Source: Candidatus Omnitrophota bacterium (GTDB lineage: Bacteria; Omnitrophota; Omnitrophia; Omnitrophales; Aquincolibacteriaceae). Taken from it: a DNA stretch of 64,000 nucleotides. The notes below the pieces were generated by a model. That model did no database searches and was not told the DNA's origin. It was given only the letters and a program-made list of their open reading frames with translations. Where the stretch lies: NCBI GenBank assembly GCA_903856085.1, contig CAIOAT010000047.1, positions 20,634 through 84,633 of the forward strand, given 5' to 3'. Made by a program: the position numbers and the translations under genes. This document shows positions 21,533 through 32,608 of the stretch, one piece after another. Position 1 is the first letter of the stretch. The number at the start of each line of letters is the position of its first letter.

Positions 21533-24500
21533 ATGCGCCTTAAAAAACTTGAGCTTCTAGGTTTCAAATCCTTCGCCGAAAAAACCGAGGTTGCCTTTGA
21601 CCAAGGGGTCACTTGCATCGTCGGTCCTAACGGTTGTGGTAAGAGCAATGTCTCTGACGCTATCCGTTGGGTTCTGGGCGAGCGTAGCGCTAAACTTTTG
21701 CGCGGCTCGACCATGGAAGATGTTATCTTCAACGGAACTGAAGTCCGAAAACCCCTTGCTTTTGCCGAAGTCTCCCTCACGATCGATAATGCGGACCGTG
21801 GCATGCCGATCGAATATAACGAAGTCACGCTCACGCGTCGTCTTTACCGCACCGGCGAAAGTGAATATCTTCTCAACAAGACTCAATGCCGCCTCAAAGA
21901 TATCCAGGATCTGATCCTCGACACCGGAATAGGATCATCTTCTTATTCTATGATCGAACAGGGAAGGATCGACTACATCCTCAAGGCTGACCCCGAAGAA
22001 CGCCGTTTCCTCATTGAAGAAGCTGCGGGTATTGCCAAGTATAAGGTCAAGAAGGACGAATCGATTCGCAAGCTCGAACGCACGGAAGAGAATTTGAAAC
22101 GGCTTCAGGATATTGTTTTCGAAGTTCAAAAAAATATTCAGTACGCCGAGCGTCAGGCTAAACGCGCTGAACGTTACAAGCTCGAGCTCGAACGCCTTAA
22201 AACGCTTGAGATTAAACGCGCTTTTCATGACCAGCGTCAGATCGAGCAAAAAAAACTCGACCTCACACAAAGCTTCCAGTCCAAAAAAGACGAACTCACG
22301 TCTCTTGAGTTAACACTCCAAGCACAGCATCAAACGATCGAGGATCAAGAAACCCGTGTTCGAGGGATTGGTCAGCGCTGCCATGTTAAAGAGGGCGAGC
22401 GCTATCAGGCCCTTGCGCAGATTGAGACGAACGATCAAAAACTCCAATTTATCCGGGACAAACGCGTGGAGCTTGCCCAACAGCGTGGCCAGTTACTTCA
22501 AGAGCAGGCCCAGTTGCGCCAAGCGATCGAAGCTGCTGCCACTCAAAAAAATGAGCTTCAGAAACTTCTAAAAACCCGGGAAAGTGAAAGCTCCCAGGTT
22601 CAAACGCGCCTCGCGGAAGTTACGCAGGAACTTCAGCGACAGGAGTCTCTGATCCAGGAAGCCAAGAGCGCCCTTGAAACAGCCCGAAGAGAATTTTTTG
22701 AAGCTGCTCAAATCACGACCCAAGCCCGCAACGAATTCCACCGCACCAAAGCCCTCGGTGAGAATTTAGAATCGCAGCATCGCCGGGAACAAGCTAATTC
22801 AAGCCGTCTTGCCGAGCAAATCGCGGCTTGGAATGAAAAATCGAAACTTTGTCTTCAGTCGCTTGAGCGTACGAACTCCGAGCTTCAGAATACCCTGAGC
22901 GGTCATCAGGGGCTTCGGGCCACCACCCATGCTTTTGAGCATGAGCTCGCAGAGCTCCGTAAACAGGCGCATGAGACTCGACTTGCGCTTCGTGAAAAGG
23001 AATCCCGGCTTCACACGCTCACGGAGATGGAAGGTGTGAGTTCCAACGCATTCCAGGAATTTCTAACCGAGGCGACGCAACAGGTTCCGGGGCTTGTCCG
23101 GAGTCTTCAGGAAGTCGTGAAAGTTCAAGAAGGCTATGAGTGGGCCATCGATGTGGCTCTGGGGCAATTCGCTAGATCCCTGGTTGCTGGAGACGTAGCG
23201 ACCGCCCGGACACTCGTAGAACGATTGAATGCCAAGCATTCCCTTGCTACCGGGATATTTCTTAAAGCTCAAACTCCATTCTCTCCAGAAGCCTCCCAGC
23301 ACTACGCGTCTTTTGGATTTCGCCCCCTTGCCGACTTTGTTCAGATTGAATCTGGATTTGAAGGAATTTTTGGAAATGTTTTTATCAGCGAAACATTTCC
23401 GCTCCATCAGCTGGAGGAGCTCCTCGCAGCGTCCATTCCAGCCAATCTTGTTTCGCGTGACGGTCTTTTCTTGAGTTCTGACCGCAGACTCTTTTTTTGG
23501 AACGATCAGAGTCGCTCTCAGTTCTTTTTTTCACGAGATTCTGAAACATCGAAGATCCGCGGCGAAATCGTAACGCTCACGTCGGAAGCGCAAGAAAAAG
23601 AAATGAAGATTGGTTACCTTGAAGCCGAACTCGTGACCTTGCGTGCCCAAGGAACTGAAGTAGACGAACAGAAAACGTCGACCCTTGTTGAAAAAGAATC
23701 GCTCGAGAGTGAGAAGAAGAACATTGAAGAGCGTCTTCTGGGGTTTAAATCCGAAAAAGAATTGTCCGTTTCTGAGATCCGTGATCTGGAACAAGAGACC
23801 GAGCAGGTTCGAGTCACTCTCGAACAAGTTCAGACGTCTCTGACTCAAAGGGAACAGGAAGAATCAAGGTTTGGGGAGATCCAGCACCAGAAGGAGAAAG
23901 ACCTAGAGCAGAACACAATCGCCCGTGAAGAAGTCCTGAACGTGGTCCGGCAATGCCAGACGCAGGCCGAGCAATTCCAACAGGGAATGCGACACCTTGA
24001 GGAATCCTTGAGACTTGTCGGAGAGCACGCCCAAAAAGACCAGGAGAGGGAAGCCTTTCTTGAACAGGGGAAAGAACGCATCGCATCAAAAGAACAGGAG
24101 TTGGACCAGGAGGAGGTTGTGTGCGTCCGTCTTGCCGAGGAACACCAGCAGCGGCTGCATGCCGTAGATGTTGATCTTGAATTGCTACGCAAAGATCAGC
24201 GGGAGCAGGAAGAACTGCTGACGGGGCAGCGTCACTCTTTGGATCAACTGATTCACTCTCAAAAGGTTCTGCAGGAAGAAGAGCACCATATCTCACTCCA
24301 GCAGATGGACCTCGACTATCAGCTCAAGAATGTGGGGGAACGGCTCCTGCAGCGCTACCGGCTGAATCTTTCAGAACTTAATTCGCAGGATTTTGTTTTT
24401 ACGGAAGAAGAATTATCCTCCGCCGCGGAGACGATCACGGCGCTTCAAACGAAGGTCGATTCCCTTGGTACGGTCAACCTCCTCGCCATCGAGGAATACC

Positions 24501-25159
24501 AGGAATTGAAAACGCGCTACGATTTTCTTTTAGCCCAGCAAAAGGACCTCGACGATGCGCGGAATTCTCTCATGGAAGCCATTCGCAAGATCAATCAAAC
24601 CACCAAACAGCTTTTCGAGGATACCTTCAAGCAGGTTCAGGAAACCTTCAAACAATATTACCAGATACTTTTCCGCGGCGGTGAAGCGCGGATCTTCCTG
24701 ATCGACGAAGCGCATCCCCTCGAATCGGGGATTGATATTGTCGTGCGCCCTCCTGGAAAGAAGTTGCAGAATATGTCGCTGCTTTCAGGAGGAGAGAAGG
24801 CCTTGACCGCTGTGGCACTTCTTTTTGCGCTTTTTAAGATCAAGCCGTCGCCTTTCTGTCTTTTGGATGAGATTGATGCCCCTCTCGACGAAGCTAATAT
24901 TGACCGCTTCTTGGCGGTGCTCAACACGTTCATTGAGCAATCGCAATTCATCATTATCACGCATAACCGTAAGACTATCGCCATGGGGGATTCTCTCTAC
25001 GGTGTTACCATGGAAGAACCCGGCATCTCCAAGATCGTCTCTGTCAAAGTGCGTTCCGGCGATGAATCCCTGCCCGGCGAAGATCTTCACCCGAAAGTTG
25101 CCGCCGAGGTCGAGGCCGATGCTTCGGCCGCCGAACCTACGGATACCGTCAGCGCTTGA
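21533..25159 (+). CDS. smc: Chromosome partition protein Smc
   Basis: N-terminal Walker A GPNGCGKSN, long coiled-coil middle, C-terminal LSGGEKAL ... LLDEIDAPLDEAN; 1208 aa. Confidence 0.9.
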   Translation: MRLKKLELLGFKSFAEKTEVAFDQGVTCIVGPNGCGKSNVSDAIRWVLGERSAKLLRGSTMEDVIFNGTEVRKPLAFAEVSLTIDNADRGMPIEYNEVTLTRRLYRTGESEYLLNKTQCRLKDIQDLILDTGIGSSSYSMIEQGRIDYILKADPEERRFLIEEAAGIAKYKVKKDESIRKLERTEENLKRLQDIVFEVQKNIQYAERQAKRAERYKLELERLKTLEIKRAFHDQRQIEQKKLDLTQSFQSKKDELTSLELTLQAQHQTIEDQETRVRGIGQRCHVKEGERYQALAQIETNDQKLQFIRDKRVELAQQRGQLLQEQAQLRQAIEAAATQKNELQKLLKTRESESSQVQTRLAEVTQELQRQESLIQEAKSALETARREFFEAAQITTQARNEFHRTKALGENLESQHRREQANSSRLAEQIAAWNEKSKLCLQSLERTNSELQNTLSGHQGLRATTHAFEHELAELRKQAHETRLALREKESRLHTLTEMEGVSSNAFQEFLTEATQQVPGLVRSLQEVVKVQEGYEWAIDVALGQFARSLVAGDVATARTLVERLNAKHSLATGIFLKAQTPFSPEASQHYASFGFRPLADFVQIESGFEGIFGNVFISETFPLHQLEELLAASIPANLVSRDGLFLSSDRRLFFWNDQSRSQFFFSRDSETSKIRGEIVTLTSEAQEKEMKIGYLEAELVTLRAQGTEVDEQKTSTLVEKESLESEKKNIEERLLGFKSEKELSVSEIRDLEQETEQVRVTLEQVQTSLTQREQEESRFGEIQHQKEKDLEQNTIAREEVLNVVRQCQTQAEQFQQGMRHLEESLRLVGEHAQKDQEREAFLEQGKERIASKEQELDQEEVVCVRLAEEHQQRLHAVDVDLELLRKDQREQEELLTGQRHSLDQLIHSQKVLQEEEHHISLQQMDLDYQLKNVGERLLQRYRLNLSELNSQDFVFTEEELSSAAETITALQTKVDSLGTVNLLAIEEYQELKTRYDFLLAQQKDLDDARNSLMEAIRKINQTTKQLFEDTFKQVQETFKQYYQILFRGGEARIFLIDEAHPLESGIDIVVRPPGKKLQNMSLLSGGEKALTAVALLFALFKIKPSPFCLLDEIDAPLDEANIDRFLAVLNTFIEQSQFIIITHNRKTIAMGDSLYGVTMEEPGISKIVSVKVRSGDESLPGEDLHPKVAAEVEADASAAEPTDTVSA

Positions 25160-25692
25160 GCATTCCGAATTACCTAACCCTTTTCCGAATCCTTCTCACC
25201 CCAGTTTTTTTTATTTCACTTGTTTCTTACACTCCGGAAAAAGAAGGTTTTCGCCTCATCGCCCTCGCGATCTTCGTGGTCGCCGCCCTGACCGACGCGC
25301 TCGACGGACTTTTAGCCCGGTTCCTGAAACAACGAACAGCGTTGGGACAAATGTTGGATCCTCTTGCGGACAAAATACTCCTCGTGAGTGCTTTTATAGG
25401 CCTTCTTTTTGTGCCCACGCTTCCTTTTCGTCCGCCACTTTGGATCACGATCACAATTATCTTTCGCGACATGATCCTTCTCTTTGGCTTTCTCACCCTG
25501 AACTTTGCCGCCGTGAAGATTGAGGTGCAACCCAACCTCTGGGGAAAACTAACGACCGTATCCCAAATGCTCCTTTTATGTTTCATCCTCCTCGAATGGC
25601 CGGTTGCAATCCCGCTGGCATTTCTCACGGTGACATTCACAATCGTCTCAGGCATCATCTACATCACGCGGGGGTTAAAGTTTCTCCAATGA
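25156..25692 (+). CDS. pgsA: CDP-diacylglycerol--glycerol-3-phosphate 3-phosphatidyltransferase (CDP-alcohol phosphatidyltransferase family)
   Basis: DALDGLLAR ... G ... LDPLADK motif (D-x2-DG-x2-AR...G-x3-D-x3-D); multi-TM. Confidence 0.8.
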   Translation: MSIPNYLTLFRILLTPVFFISLVSYTPEKEGFRLIALAIFVVAALTDALDGLLARFLKQRTALGQMLDPLADKILLVSAFIGLLFVPTLPFRPPLWITITIIFRDMILLFGFLTLNFAAVKIEVQPNLWGKLTTVSQMLLLCFILLEWPVAIPLAFLTVTFTIVSGIIYITRGLKFLQ

Positions 25693-26300
25693 ACAACCTT
25701 TTCTTGTCCGCTTTCTTTATTCTCGCGGCTTATCTCCTAGGCTCTGTTCCATTCGGTCTCATCGCCGGGCTCAAAGTGAAAGGCCTGGATATCCGGGAGC
25801 ATGGCAGCAAGAATATCGGCGCAACTAACGTTTTCCGCGTAGTTGGGAAAAAGTGGGGGATCTTGGTCCTTTTTCTAGACGTCCTCAAAGGTTATATGGC
25901 CTGCATTCTTCCGGCTTTATTCGGCAAAAGTTTTGCTCTCCCGTTCCAATTGCTTCTGGGTATTAGCGCCATTCTGGGACATAGCTTCCCGGTCTGGCTC
26001 AAGTTTAAGGGCGGGAAGGGTGTGGCGACCTCGCTTGGAGTGTTCCTGGCTATCGCCTGGCTTCCGACGCTTATCACGTTCGGCCTCTGGATCCTTTGCT
26101 TCACGGTCACCCACATCATCTCATTTTCTTCGCTTGTGGCCGCCGTGGTTTTCCCAATCATGATCGCCTGGCGCTATGCAGGCACCCCTGGGTTCCGATT
26201 TCTTCTGCCTATCAGCATCATTTTGACCGTTTTTATCCTCTATACCCACCGCGCCAACATCCAACGCCTCCGTCAAGGGATCGAAAAAAAGCTTTTTTGA
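25689..26300 (+). CDS. plsY: Glycerol-3-phosphate acyltransferase PlsY
   Basis: LLGSVPFG ... GSKNIGATN ... motifs typical of PlsY. The start at the internal Met overlaps the pgsA stop by 4 nt (ATGA). Confidence 0.85.
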   Translation: MNNLFLSAFFILAAYLLGSVPFGLIAGLKVKGLDIREHGSKNIGATNVFRVVGKKWGILVLFLDVLKGYMACILPALFGKSFALPFQLLLGISAILGHSFPVWLKFKGGKGVATSLGVFLAIAWLPTLITFGLWILCFTVTHIISFSSLVAAVVFPIMIAWRYAGTPGFRFLLPISIILTVFILYTHRANIQRLRQGIEKKLF

Positions 26301-26445
26301 CTTTCTTCTTGACAATCACTTATAATCATATATTATTTCCAAAAAGATAATATTCTATAGCGTCGCATTCGCGTAAATTGTCTTTACAGGAGAAGGGCGG
26401 CCCGATAGAATTTTGAAACTAAAGTCTTTCTAAAGGAGAAAAATT

Positions 26446-27525
26446 ATGAGCGCTCGAAAAGCATCAGAGAAATCTACCGCAGCGGAAGTCAAAAAATCCA
26501 CGGACAAACAGAAAGCCCTCGAACTCACGCTGCAGCAGATCGAAAAACAGTTCGGTAAAGGGTCTATCATGAAACTCGGCGACCAGCATCACGAAAATAT
26601 CGCCGCGCTTGCCACGGGAGCCCTGAGTCTTGATATCGCTACGGGGATTGGCGGCATCCCGCGCGGCCGCATCGTGGAGATCTTTGGCCCTGAGTCGAGC
26701 GGCAAAACAACTCTCACGCTCAATATTATCGCCCGACTTCAATCGACAGGCGGGGTTGCGGCTTTCATTGATGCAGAACATGCCTTGGATCCTCAGTACG
26801 CCCAGAAGATCGGCGTCAAGGTTGATGAACTGCTGATTTCACAACCCGATTCCGGAGAGCAAGCGCTCCAGATCGCGGAGATGCTCGTTCGCTCGAATTC
26901 TGTCGACCTTATTGTCGTTGATTCTGTGGCAGCGCTCGTTCCGCGCGCAGAGATCGAAGGCGACATGGGGCAGGCGCAAATGGGGCTTCAGGCGCGCTTG
27001 ATGTCTCAAGCTATGAGGAAACTCACAGCCATTATCAGCAAATCCAAAACCTGCATCGTTTTCATTAATCAGTTGCGGGAGAAGATCGGAGTTATGTTCG
27101 GAAACCCTGAGACGACGCCCGGCGGCAAGGCGCTTAAGTTCTACGCCTCTATGCGATTGGACATCCGCAGGGTCGCGAGTCTAAAAAAAGGCGACGCGAT
27201 TGTTGGGAACCGTGTACGCGTTAAAGTCGTCAAGAACAAGGTCGCGGCACCTTTCCGTCAGGCGGAATTCGACATCTTGTTTGATGAAGGCATTTCGCGC
27301 TCTTCAAACGTTGTGGAGCTCGGCACCCAATATCAGGTCATCGATAAGTCCGGGACCTGGTTTGCGTATAACGATCAGAAACTCGGTCAAGGTAAGGATG
27401 CCGCACGAATTTTCCTGAAAGACAATAAGAAGCTTCTCGAAGAGATCGAACTGAAGATCCTGGAGAAAGTTGCTGCCGGAGAAAGCTCTGTCGTGGGCGA
27501 AGTCGTCGGCGCGGTCGCCGAATAA
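26446..27525 (+). CDS. recA: Recombinase RecA
   Basis: GPESSGKTT Walker A and high overall similarity to canonical RecA. Confidence 0.95.
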   Translation: MSARKASEKSTAAEVKKSTDKQKALELTLQQIEKQFGKGSIMKLGDQHHENIAALATGALSLDIATGIGGIPRGRIVEIFGPESSGKTTLTLNIIARLQSTGGVAAFIDAEHALDPQYAQKIGVKVDELLISQPDSGEQALQIAEMLVRSNSVDLIVVDSVAALVPRAEIEGDMGQAQMGLQARLMSQAMRKLTAIISKSKTCIVFINQLREKIGVMFGNPETTPGGKALKFYASMRLDIRRVASLKKGDAIVGNRVRVKVVKNKVAAPFRQAEFDILFDEGISRSSNVVELGTQYQVIDKSGTWFAYNDQKLGQGKDAARIFLKDNKKLLEEIELKILEKVAAGESSVVGEVVGAVAE

Positions 27526-27532
27526 TCCTCAC

Positions 27533-27563
27533 CCGTACCGGTTTCTATGGGGTAACGGTACGG
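27533..27563 (+). terminator. Stem-loop between recA and recX (CCGTACCG / 15-nt loop / CGGTACGG). It has no T-tract, so it may be a partial terminator or attenuator.
   Basis: A perfect 8-bp inverted repeat 8 nt after the recA stop. A leaky terminator between recA and recX is known in E. coli. Confidence 0.3.
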
Positions 27564-27626
27564 CGCCGCGAACCGCTCTAGCTAATATTTATGGAGTTCC
27601 AGGTGCGTGCCGTCCTTTCTTAATCT

Positions 27627-28124
27627 ATGGATAAAACGCTGGAAGAAGAACAGACCAAGCAGGCGCTCATCACCTGCCTGAGGTTGCTCGCCGCCAGTCC
27701 AAAAAGCGGTCAGGAATTAAAAAAGAAGCTCGCTGACAAAGGCTACTCCGTCGCGATCATTGATCAAGCGCTCAATAATCTCAGGACCCAAGGCGTTCTG
27801 GATGATACGCTATACGCCAAAGATTTGGTGGCTCGGCTCACTCTCGGGAAAGCCGCGGGCCGCCACAAGATAGCGTTTGAATTGAAACGCCATGGGCTTT
27901 CGAAAAAGATCAGCGATGAACTTCTAGGAACGCTATCGAACGAGGATGAAGCTGAACGCGCGCTTGAGCTGGCCCGTCTAAAATGGGCCGGCTGGGGCAA
28001 AGTGGATCTGCAAAAACGCAAGAAGCGGCTTTATGATTTTCTAATACGGAAAGGATATGATTTTCAGGTCGTGCAAGACGTCCTTCAAAAGCTCTTGAAG
28101 GGGTCAGGGGACGACGAGATCTGA
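27627..28124 (+). CDS. recX: Regulatory protein RecX
   Basis: 165 aa all-helical protein immediately downstream of recA, and the conserved recA-recX-alaS order. Confidence 0.65.
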   Translation: MDKTLEEEQTKQALITCLRLLAASPKSGQELKKKLADKGYSVAIIDQALNNLRTQGVLDDTLYAKDLVARLTLGKAAGRHKIAFELKRHGLSKKISDELLGTLSNEDEAERALELARLKWAGWGKVDLQKRKKRLYDFLIRKGYDFQVVQDVLQKLLKGSGDDEI

Positions 28125-28130
28125 CGCTTT

Positions 28131-30749
28131 ATGAAAACAGCCACGAACGATCTTCGGAAAGCTTACCTGGAATTTTTTAAATCCAAAGGCCACAGCGTAG
28201 TCGCAAGCGATTCCCTGGTACCCCAAAACGACCCCTCCTTGCTATTCACCGGGGCGGGGATGAATCAATTCAAGGAATACTTCCTTGGGGTCAAAAAGGA
28301 CCTTAAAAGGGCCACAACAAGCCAAAAATGCCTTAGGACGGGCGATCTTGACGAGGTGGGGCGTACACCCTTTCACCACTCGTTTTTCGAGATGCTGGGC
28401 AATTTCTCGTTCGGCGATTACTTCAAAAAAGAGGCCATCGTATGGGCCTGGGAATTTCTGACCCAAACACTTTCTATTCCCAAGGAGCGGCTCCGGATCA
28501 CCGTCCACGAGAAGGACACCGAGGCCTTTGAAATATGGCACAAGGTGATCGGGCTACCCCAAGAGTGGATTTTTCTGTGTGGGGACAAATCGAATTTCTG
28601 GCCCGCGAATGCGCCCCAGGATGGTCCGAACGGTCCTTGCGGCCCCTGTTCCGAGATCTACTTTGACCAACATCCGGAGATTCAGGGAACCCCGATCGAT
28701 GATTCCGGAAAATTCGCAGAGATTTGGAATCTTGTTTTTACACAGTATGACCGTCAGGACGGCGGCAAGCTCATTCCTCTCGCAAATAAGAATATCGACA
28801 CCGGCATGGGACTTGAACGTCTCGCGTGTGTTCTCCAGGGGAAGGCCTCCAACTTCGAGATCGATATCTTTCAGCCTATCCACGAATCCATTCTTAAGGC
28901 TCTAGGTCTCGATCCTGAAAAGGTTCAAACCAAACAACTTTACACGATCTCGGATCATTTACGGGCGGCCGTTTTTTCCATTGCCGATGGCGTTGTTCCA
29001 TCGAATGAAGGCCGTGGATATGTAATTCGGAAACTGATCCGCCGTGCGATTTGGCAGGCGCATCAATTAATGCCACAGCAAAGACTGGCTCAACCTTTTC
29101 TTTTCAACGCTGTCGCGTCAGTCATCGCGGCCATGGGAGAGGCCTATCCCGAGCTTCGGGAAGCAGAAGAAAGCATACGCATGGTTCTCTCCCAGGAAGA
29201 AGGGCGGTTCCTCCGTGCGTTGGAGGACGGGCTTCGCATGCTCAAAATGCAACTTATAAATTATAAAAAAGGTGGTTCAAAAACTGTCCCGGCCGAAACT
29301 GTCTTCGAACTTTATGATACTTTCGGGTTCCCGGAAGAATTGACCTGTGCCATTGCAAAAGCGGAAGGATTTGCAATCGACCATAAGGGGTTTGAGAAGC
29401 TTATGGAGGATCAACGCGCACGTTCCAAAGAAGGCAGCAAGATCACCGCCGAAATTTTCGCCTCATCGGGGCTCGACAAAATCCCGGCCAATATCCCGGC
29501 CACCACATTTTGCGGCTATGACGCACTTCAGACAAAATCTAAGATTCTCTGGCATCAGAACGAAGGAAAACAAGCGACCGTCATTCTTGACCAAACATCT
29601 TTCTATGCGGAAAGCGGCGGGCAGGTTGGAGATCAAGGTGTGATCGAAGGAGAAGGACTCAAGCTTAAAGTGCTGGATACGAAAAAACTCGACAAGTATT
29701 TTTTACATCATGTTGAGGTGCTTCAAGGTGTCATCAAAGACGGTTTGGCCGTAAGCGTCGCCGTTAATAGGGCGCTCCGTGAGGACATTATGCGTAATCA
29801 CACCGCCACGCATCTTTTGCACGCAGCGCTACGGACCACGCTCGGAAGTTCCGTGCGCCAACTCGGATCGCTTGTTGCGCCCGACCGTCTGCGCTTTGAT
29901 TTTTCATTTGGTCGTGCCGTGACGCCTGAAGAACTCCGTACGATCGAGAAAGCGGCAAATGATCAGATTCTAAGTGATCGTCCGGTCCAAAAAGAATCTA
30001 AAAGCCTGGAAGATGCCAAAAAAGAAGGCGCTTTGGCTTTCTTTGGCGACAAATACGGGGATAAAGTCCGTATGATCAGCATTCCAGAGTTTAGTAAAGA
30101 GCTCTGCGGGGGAACTCATTGCGATCGAACAGGACAGATCGGCCTTCTGATTGTCACTGGTGAATCGTCGGTGGCGAGCGGCGTTCGCCGTATTGAAGCT
30201 GTTACCGGAACTCACGCCCTAAACTACGTCCGAAACTTGCAGGATCAAATCTCCGGAATTGCCAAGATATTGAAAGTCGGAACGGCGGATATCCCGGCCC
30301 GCATTGCGAAACTTATGGAAAATCTGAAGGCTCAGAAGAAAATCGGAGCGCAAGCTTCCGGGAATCTTGCAGATGTCAAAACGCTTCTTGGAAGTTCCAA
30401 AGAAGCCGGTTCATGCCGCATCGCCGTCGCAATGCTGGAGAATGCCGGAATTCCAGCGCTACGCGATCTTTCCAATAGACTCCGCGAAGAAGGACAAAAA
30501 CTGGTTTACGTGGTCGCTACATCTCAAGAGGAAAAGCTCCATGTGATCGTTGGTCTTAGCACGGACCTCCAGAAAACGCCCTTGGACATGAAGGCCCTTT
30601 TTGGTAGGCTATCCAAATTGCTGAACTTAAGCGGTGGCGGACGGTCGGATCTCGTGCAGGCGGGCGGACCCGATCAGGGGCAATTTGCGACTGCCAAAGC
30701 TGCGGTCGAAGAAGCCGTTGCAACTTATATAACGGAAAAGGGAATGTAA
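28131..30749 (+). CDS. alaS: Alanine--tRNA ligase
   Basis: HHSFFEMLGNFSFGDYFK class-II motif and a HxxxH...C editing domain; 872 aa. Confidence 0.95.
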   Translation: MKTATNDLRKAYLEFFKSKGHSVVASDSLVPQNDPSLLFTGAGMNQFKEYFLGVKKDLKRATTSQKCLRTGDLDEVGRTPFHHSFFEMLGNFSFGDYFKKEAIVWAWEFLTQTLSIPKERLRITVHEKDTEAFEIWHKVIGLPQEWIFLCGDKSNFWPANAPQDGPNGPCGPCSEIYFDQHPEIQGTPIDDSGKFAEIWNLVFTQYDRQDGGKLIPLANKNIDTGMGLERLACVLQGKASNFEIDIFQPIHESILKALGLDPEKVQTKQLYTISDHLRAAVFSIADGVVPSNEGRGYVIRKLIRRAIWQAHQLMPQQRLAQPFLFNAVASVIAAMGEAYPELREAEESIRMVLSQEEGRFLRALEDGLRMLKMQLINYKKGGSKTVPAETVFELYDTFGFPEELTCAIAKAEGFAIDHKGFEKLMEDQRARSKEGSKITAEIFASSGLDKIPANIPATTFCGYDALQTKSKILWHQNEGKQATVILDQTSFYAESGGQVGDQGVIEGEGLKLKVLDTKKLDKYFLHHVEVLQGVIKDGLAVSVAVNRALREDIMRNHTATHLLHAALRTTLGSSVRQLGSLVAPDRLRFDFSFGRAVTPEELRTIEKAANDQILSDRPVQKESKSLEDAKKEGALAFFGDKYGDKVRMISIPEFSKELCGGTHCDRTGQIGLLIVTGESSVASGVRRIEAVTGTHALNYVRNLQDQISGIAKILKVGTADIPARIAKLMENLKAQKKIGAQASGNLADVKTLLGSSKEAGSCRIAVAMLENAGIPALRDLSNRLREEGQKLVYVVATSQEEKLHVIVGLSTDLQKTPLDMKALFGRLSKLLNLSGGGRSDLVQAGGPDQGQFATAKAAVEEAVATYITEKGM

Positions 30750-30752
30750 TTC

Positions 30753-32015
30753 ATGCAAGTGCTTAGTTGGGACAAACAAACTCAGAAAAAGATTCGGCGC
30801 GACTACGCCACGTTCTTCGATCCGACGATCTTTAAAAAGGTCACCCGCATTCTTTCCGAAGTGCGTCAGTCCGGGGATGCGGCACTTCGCCGCTACACCC
30901 GCGAATTCGACGGCATCGACCTTCCAATCAAACGGATTGCTGTCACTCAGGGAGATATCAACCGCGCGTTCGAGAAGATCCAGGTTCCGTTCGTGCCCCT
31001 TCTCAAGCAGATTACGGAGAATGTTCGCGAATATTACGAAAAAGAACTGAAAAAATCTTTTGAGATCACTGGTCCGAATGGCGTTCGTCTTGGGAAACGC
31101 TACGCGGCGCTGGATCGTGTGGGGATATATATTCCTGCAGGGACCGCTCCACTTGTTTCGACTGTCTACATGACCGTCATTCCCGCGATGGTTGCAGGCG
31201 TAAAACAGATCGCCATTGCCACGCCGCCACGGCGTGATACCGGAGATATTGATCCCCATATTTTGGCAGTTGCCAATCTCTTGGGTGTAAATGAAATTTA
31301 TCGCGTGGGCGGGGTTCAGGCTATCGGCGGACTCGCGTTCGGCACCAAAACCATCCCCAAGGTCGACAAGATCGTCGGCCCGGGCAATGCTTACGTCACA
31401 GAAGCCAAGCGACAGGTTTATGGCTTTGTGGATATTGACATGGTCGCCGGTCCGAGCGAAGTTGCCATTCTCGCTGACGCAACCGCGAATCCGGATTTTG
31501 TCACCTGCGATCTTCTCGCCCAGACTGAGCATCATGGCGGCATGGGGTATCTGATCACGAACTCTAAAAAATTGGTGGAAGTTATGCGTAAACGCGTGGA
31601 TTCTGGCATCATCATCCAGGTTAAATCCGTAGCGGAGGGCTGCGACGTTGCAAATGAGATCGCAGCCGAACACTTAGAGATCATGACAGAAGATCCCGAA
31701 AAAGTGGCGCAATCGATACGTCACGCCGGCGCGATCTTCCTCGGGCCTTATTCGCCGGCCGTGATCGGGGACTATATCGCAGGACCCAGCCATGTGCTCC
31801 CAACGGGCGGCACTGCGCGCTATTTTTCGCCCCTCAGCGCATCGACTTTCATCAAGAGTTCCCAGATCATCCGTTATACTCCCGAGGCGCTGGAGGCAGC
31901 AAAAGAGCATGTCCAGAAGCTGACAGACATGGAGGGCCTTTTTCTACACAGGATCTCCCTGGAAGCACGCCTTGTTAAGAAGAACGCAGAACCGGAAAAG
32001 GAGTCCAAATCATGA
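30753..32015 (+). CDS. hisD: Histidinol dehydrogenase
   Basis: GPSHVLPTGGTARYFSPL motif, ~420 aa. Confidence 0.95.
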   Translation: MQVLSWDKQTQKKIRRDYATFFDPTIFKKVTRILSEVRQSGDAALRRYTREFDGIDLPIKRIAVTQGDINRAFEKIQVPFVPLLKQITENVREYYEKELKKSFEITGPNGVRLGKRYAALDRVGIYIPAGTAPLVSTVYMTVIPAMVAGVKQIAIATPPRRDTGDIDPHILAVANLLGVNEIYRVGGVQAIGGLAFGTKTIPKVDKIVGPGNAYVTEAKRQVYGFVDIDMVAGPSEVAILADATANPDFVTCDLLAQTEHHGGMGYLITNSKKLVEVMRKRVDSGIIIQVKSVAEGCDVANEIAAEHLEIMTEDPEKVAQSIRHAGAIFLGPYSPAVIGDYIAGPSHVLPTGGTARYFSPLSASTFIKSSQIIRYTPEALEAAKEHVQKLTDMEGLFLHRISLEARLVKKNAEPEKESKS

Positions 32016-32608
32016 AAGTAAGAAAGGCCGCGGTCAAACGCAAAACTTCCGAAACCGACATCCAGCTCGAGTTCGTGGTTGACGGAAAAGGATCGTCAAA
32101 AGTCGATACCCTGATTCCGTTCCTCGATCACATGCTAACACTTCTCTCGAAGCATGGGCTTTTTGATTTAAAACTCAAAGCGCGCGGAGATCTGGAAGTC
32201 GATATCCATCACACCAATGAAGACATCGGGATTGCCCTCGGGCAAGCCTTGTCGAAAGCGCTTGGAGACAAGAAAGGGATACGGCGCTATGGCTCTTTTG
32301 CTGTCCCGATGGATGAAGCGCTCATTCGCGTCACCTTGGACATTTCCGGGAGACCATCGCTTTACGTGACAAAGGCCAAAGGTGTTCGTTTGTCCCGCCA
32401 GCCGAAATACTCGTTCGATGATGCGGTTGACTTTCTGCGTTCTTTTTGTCAGCACGCGGGAATCAACATGCATATCGGTGTGCTTGCCGGGGAAGACACG
32501 CACCACATTATCGAAGGCATCTTTAAAGGAATCGCAAAAGCATTGGATATGGCGACCTGTCTAGACCCTCGCGTTCACGGTATCCCTTCAACAAAAGGAC
32601 GGCTGTGA
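32012..32608 (+). CDS. hisB: Imidazoleglycerol-phosphate dehydratase
   Basis: DIHHTNEDIGIALGQA motif and the conserved HH...E pattern; ~198 aa. Confidence 0.95.
   Translation: MKVRKAAVKRKTSETDIQLEFVVDGKGSSKVDTLIPFLDHMLTLLSKHGLFDLKLKARGDLEVDIHHTNEDIGIALGQALSKALGDKKGIRRYGSFAVPMDEALIRVTLDISGRPSLYVTKAKGVRLSRQPKYSFDDAVDFLRSFCQHAGINMHIGVLAGEDTHHIIEGIFKGIAKALDMATCLDPRVHGIPSTKGRL

Noticed and set aside
26301-26445. LexA/SOS box or sigma70 promoter upstream of recA (TTGACA followed 6 nt later by TATAAT).
   Set aside because: The TTGACA/TATAAT spacing is far too short to be a single promoter. No CTGT-N8-ACAG or GAAC-N4-GTTC SOS box is present. The LexA motif for this lineage is unknown, so nothing can be claimed.
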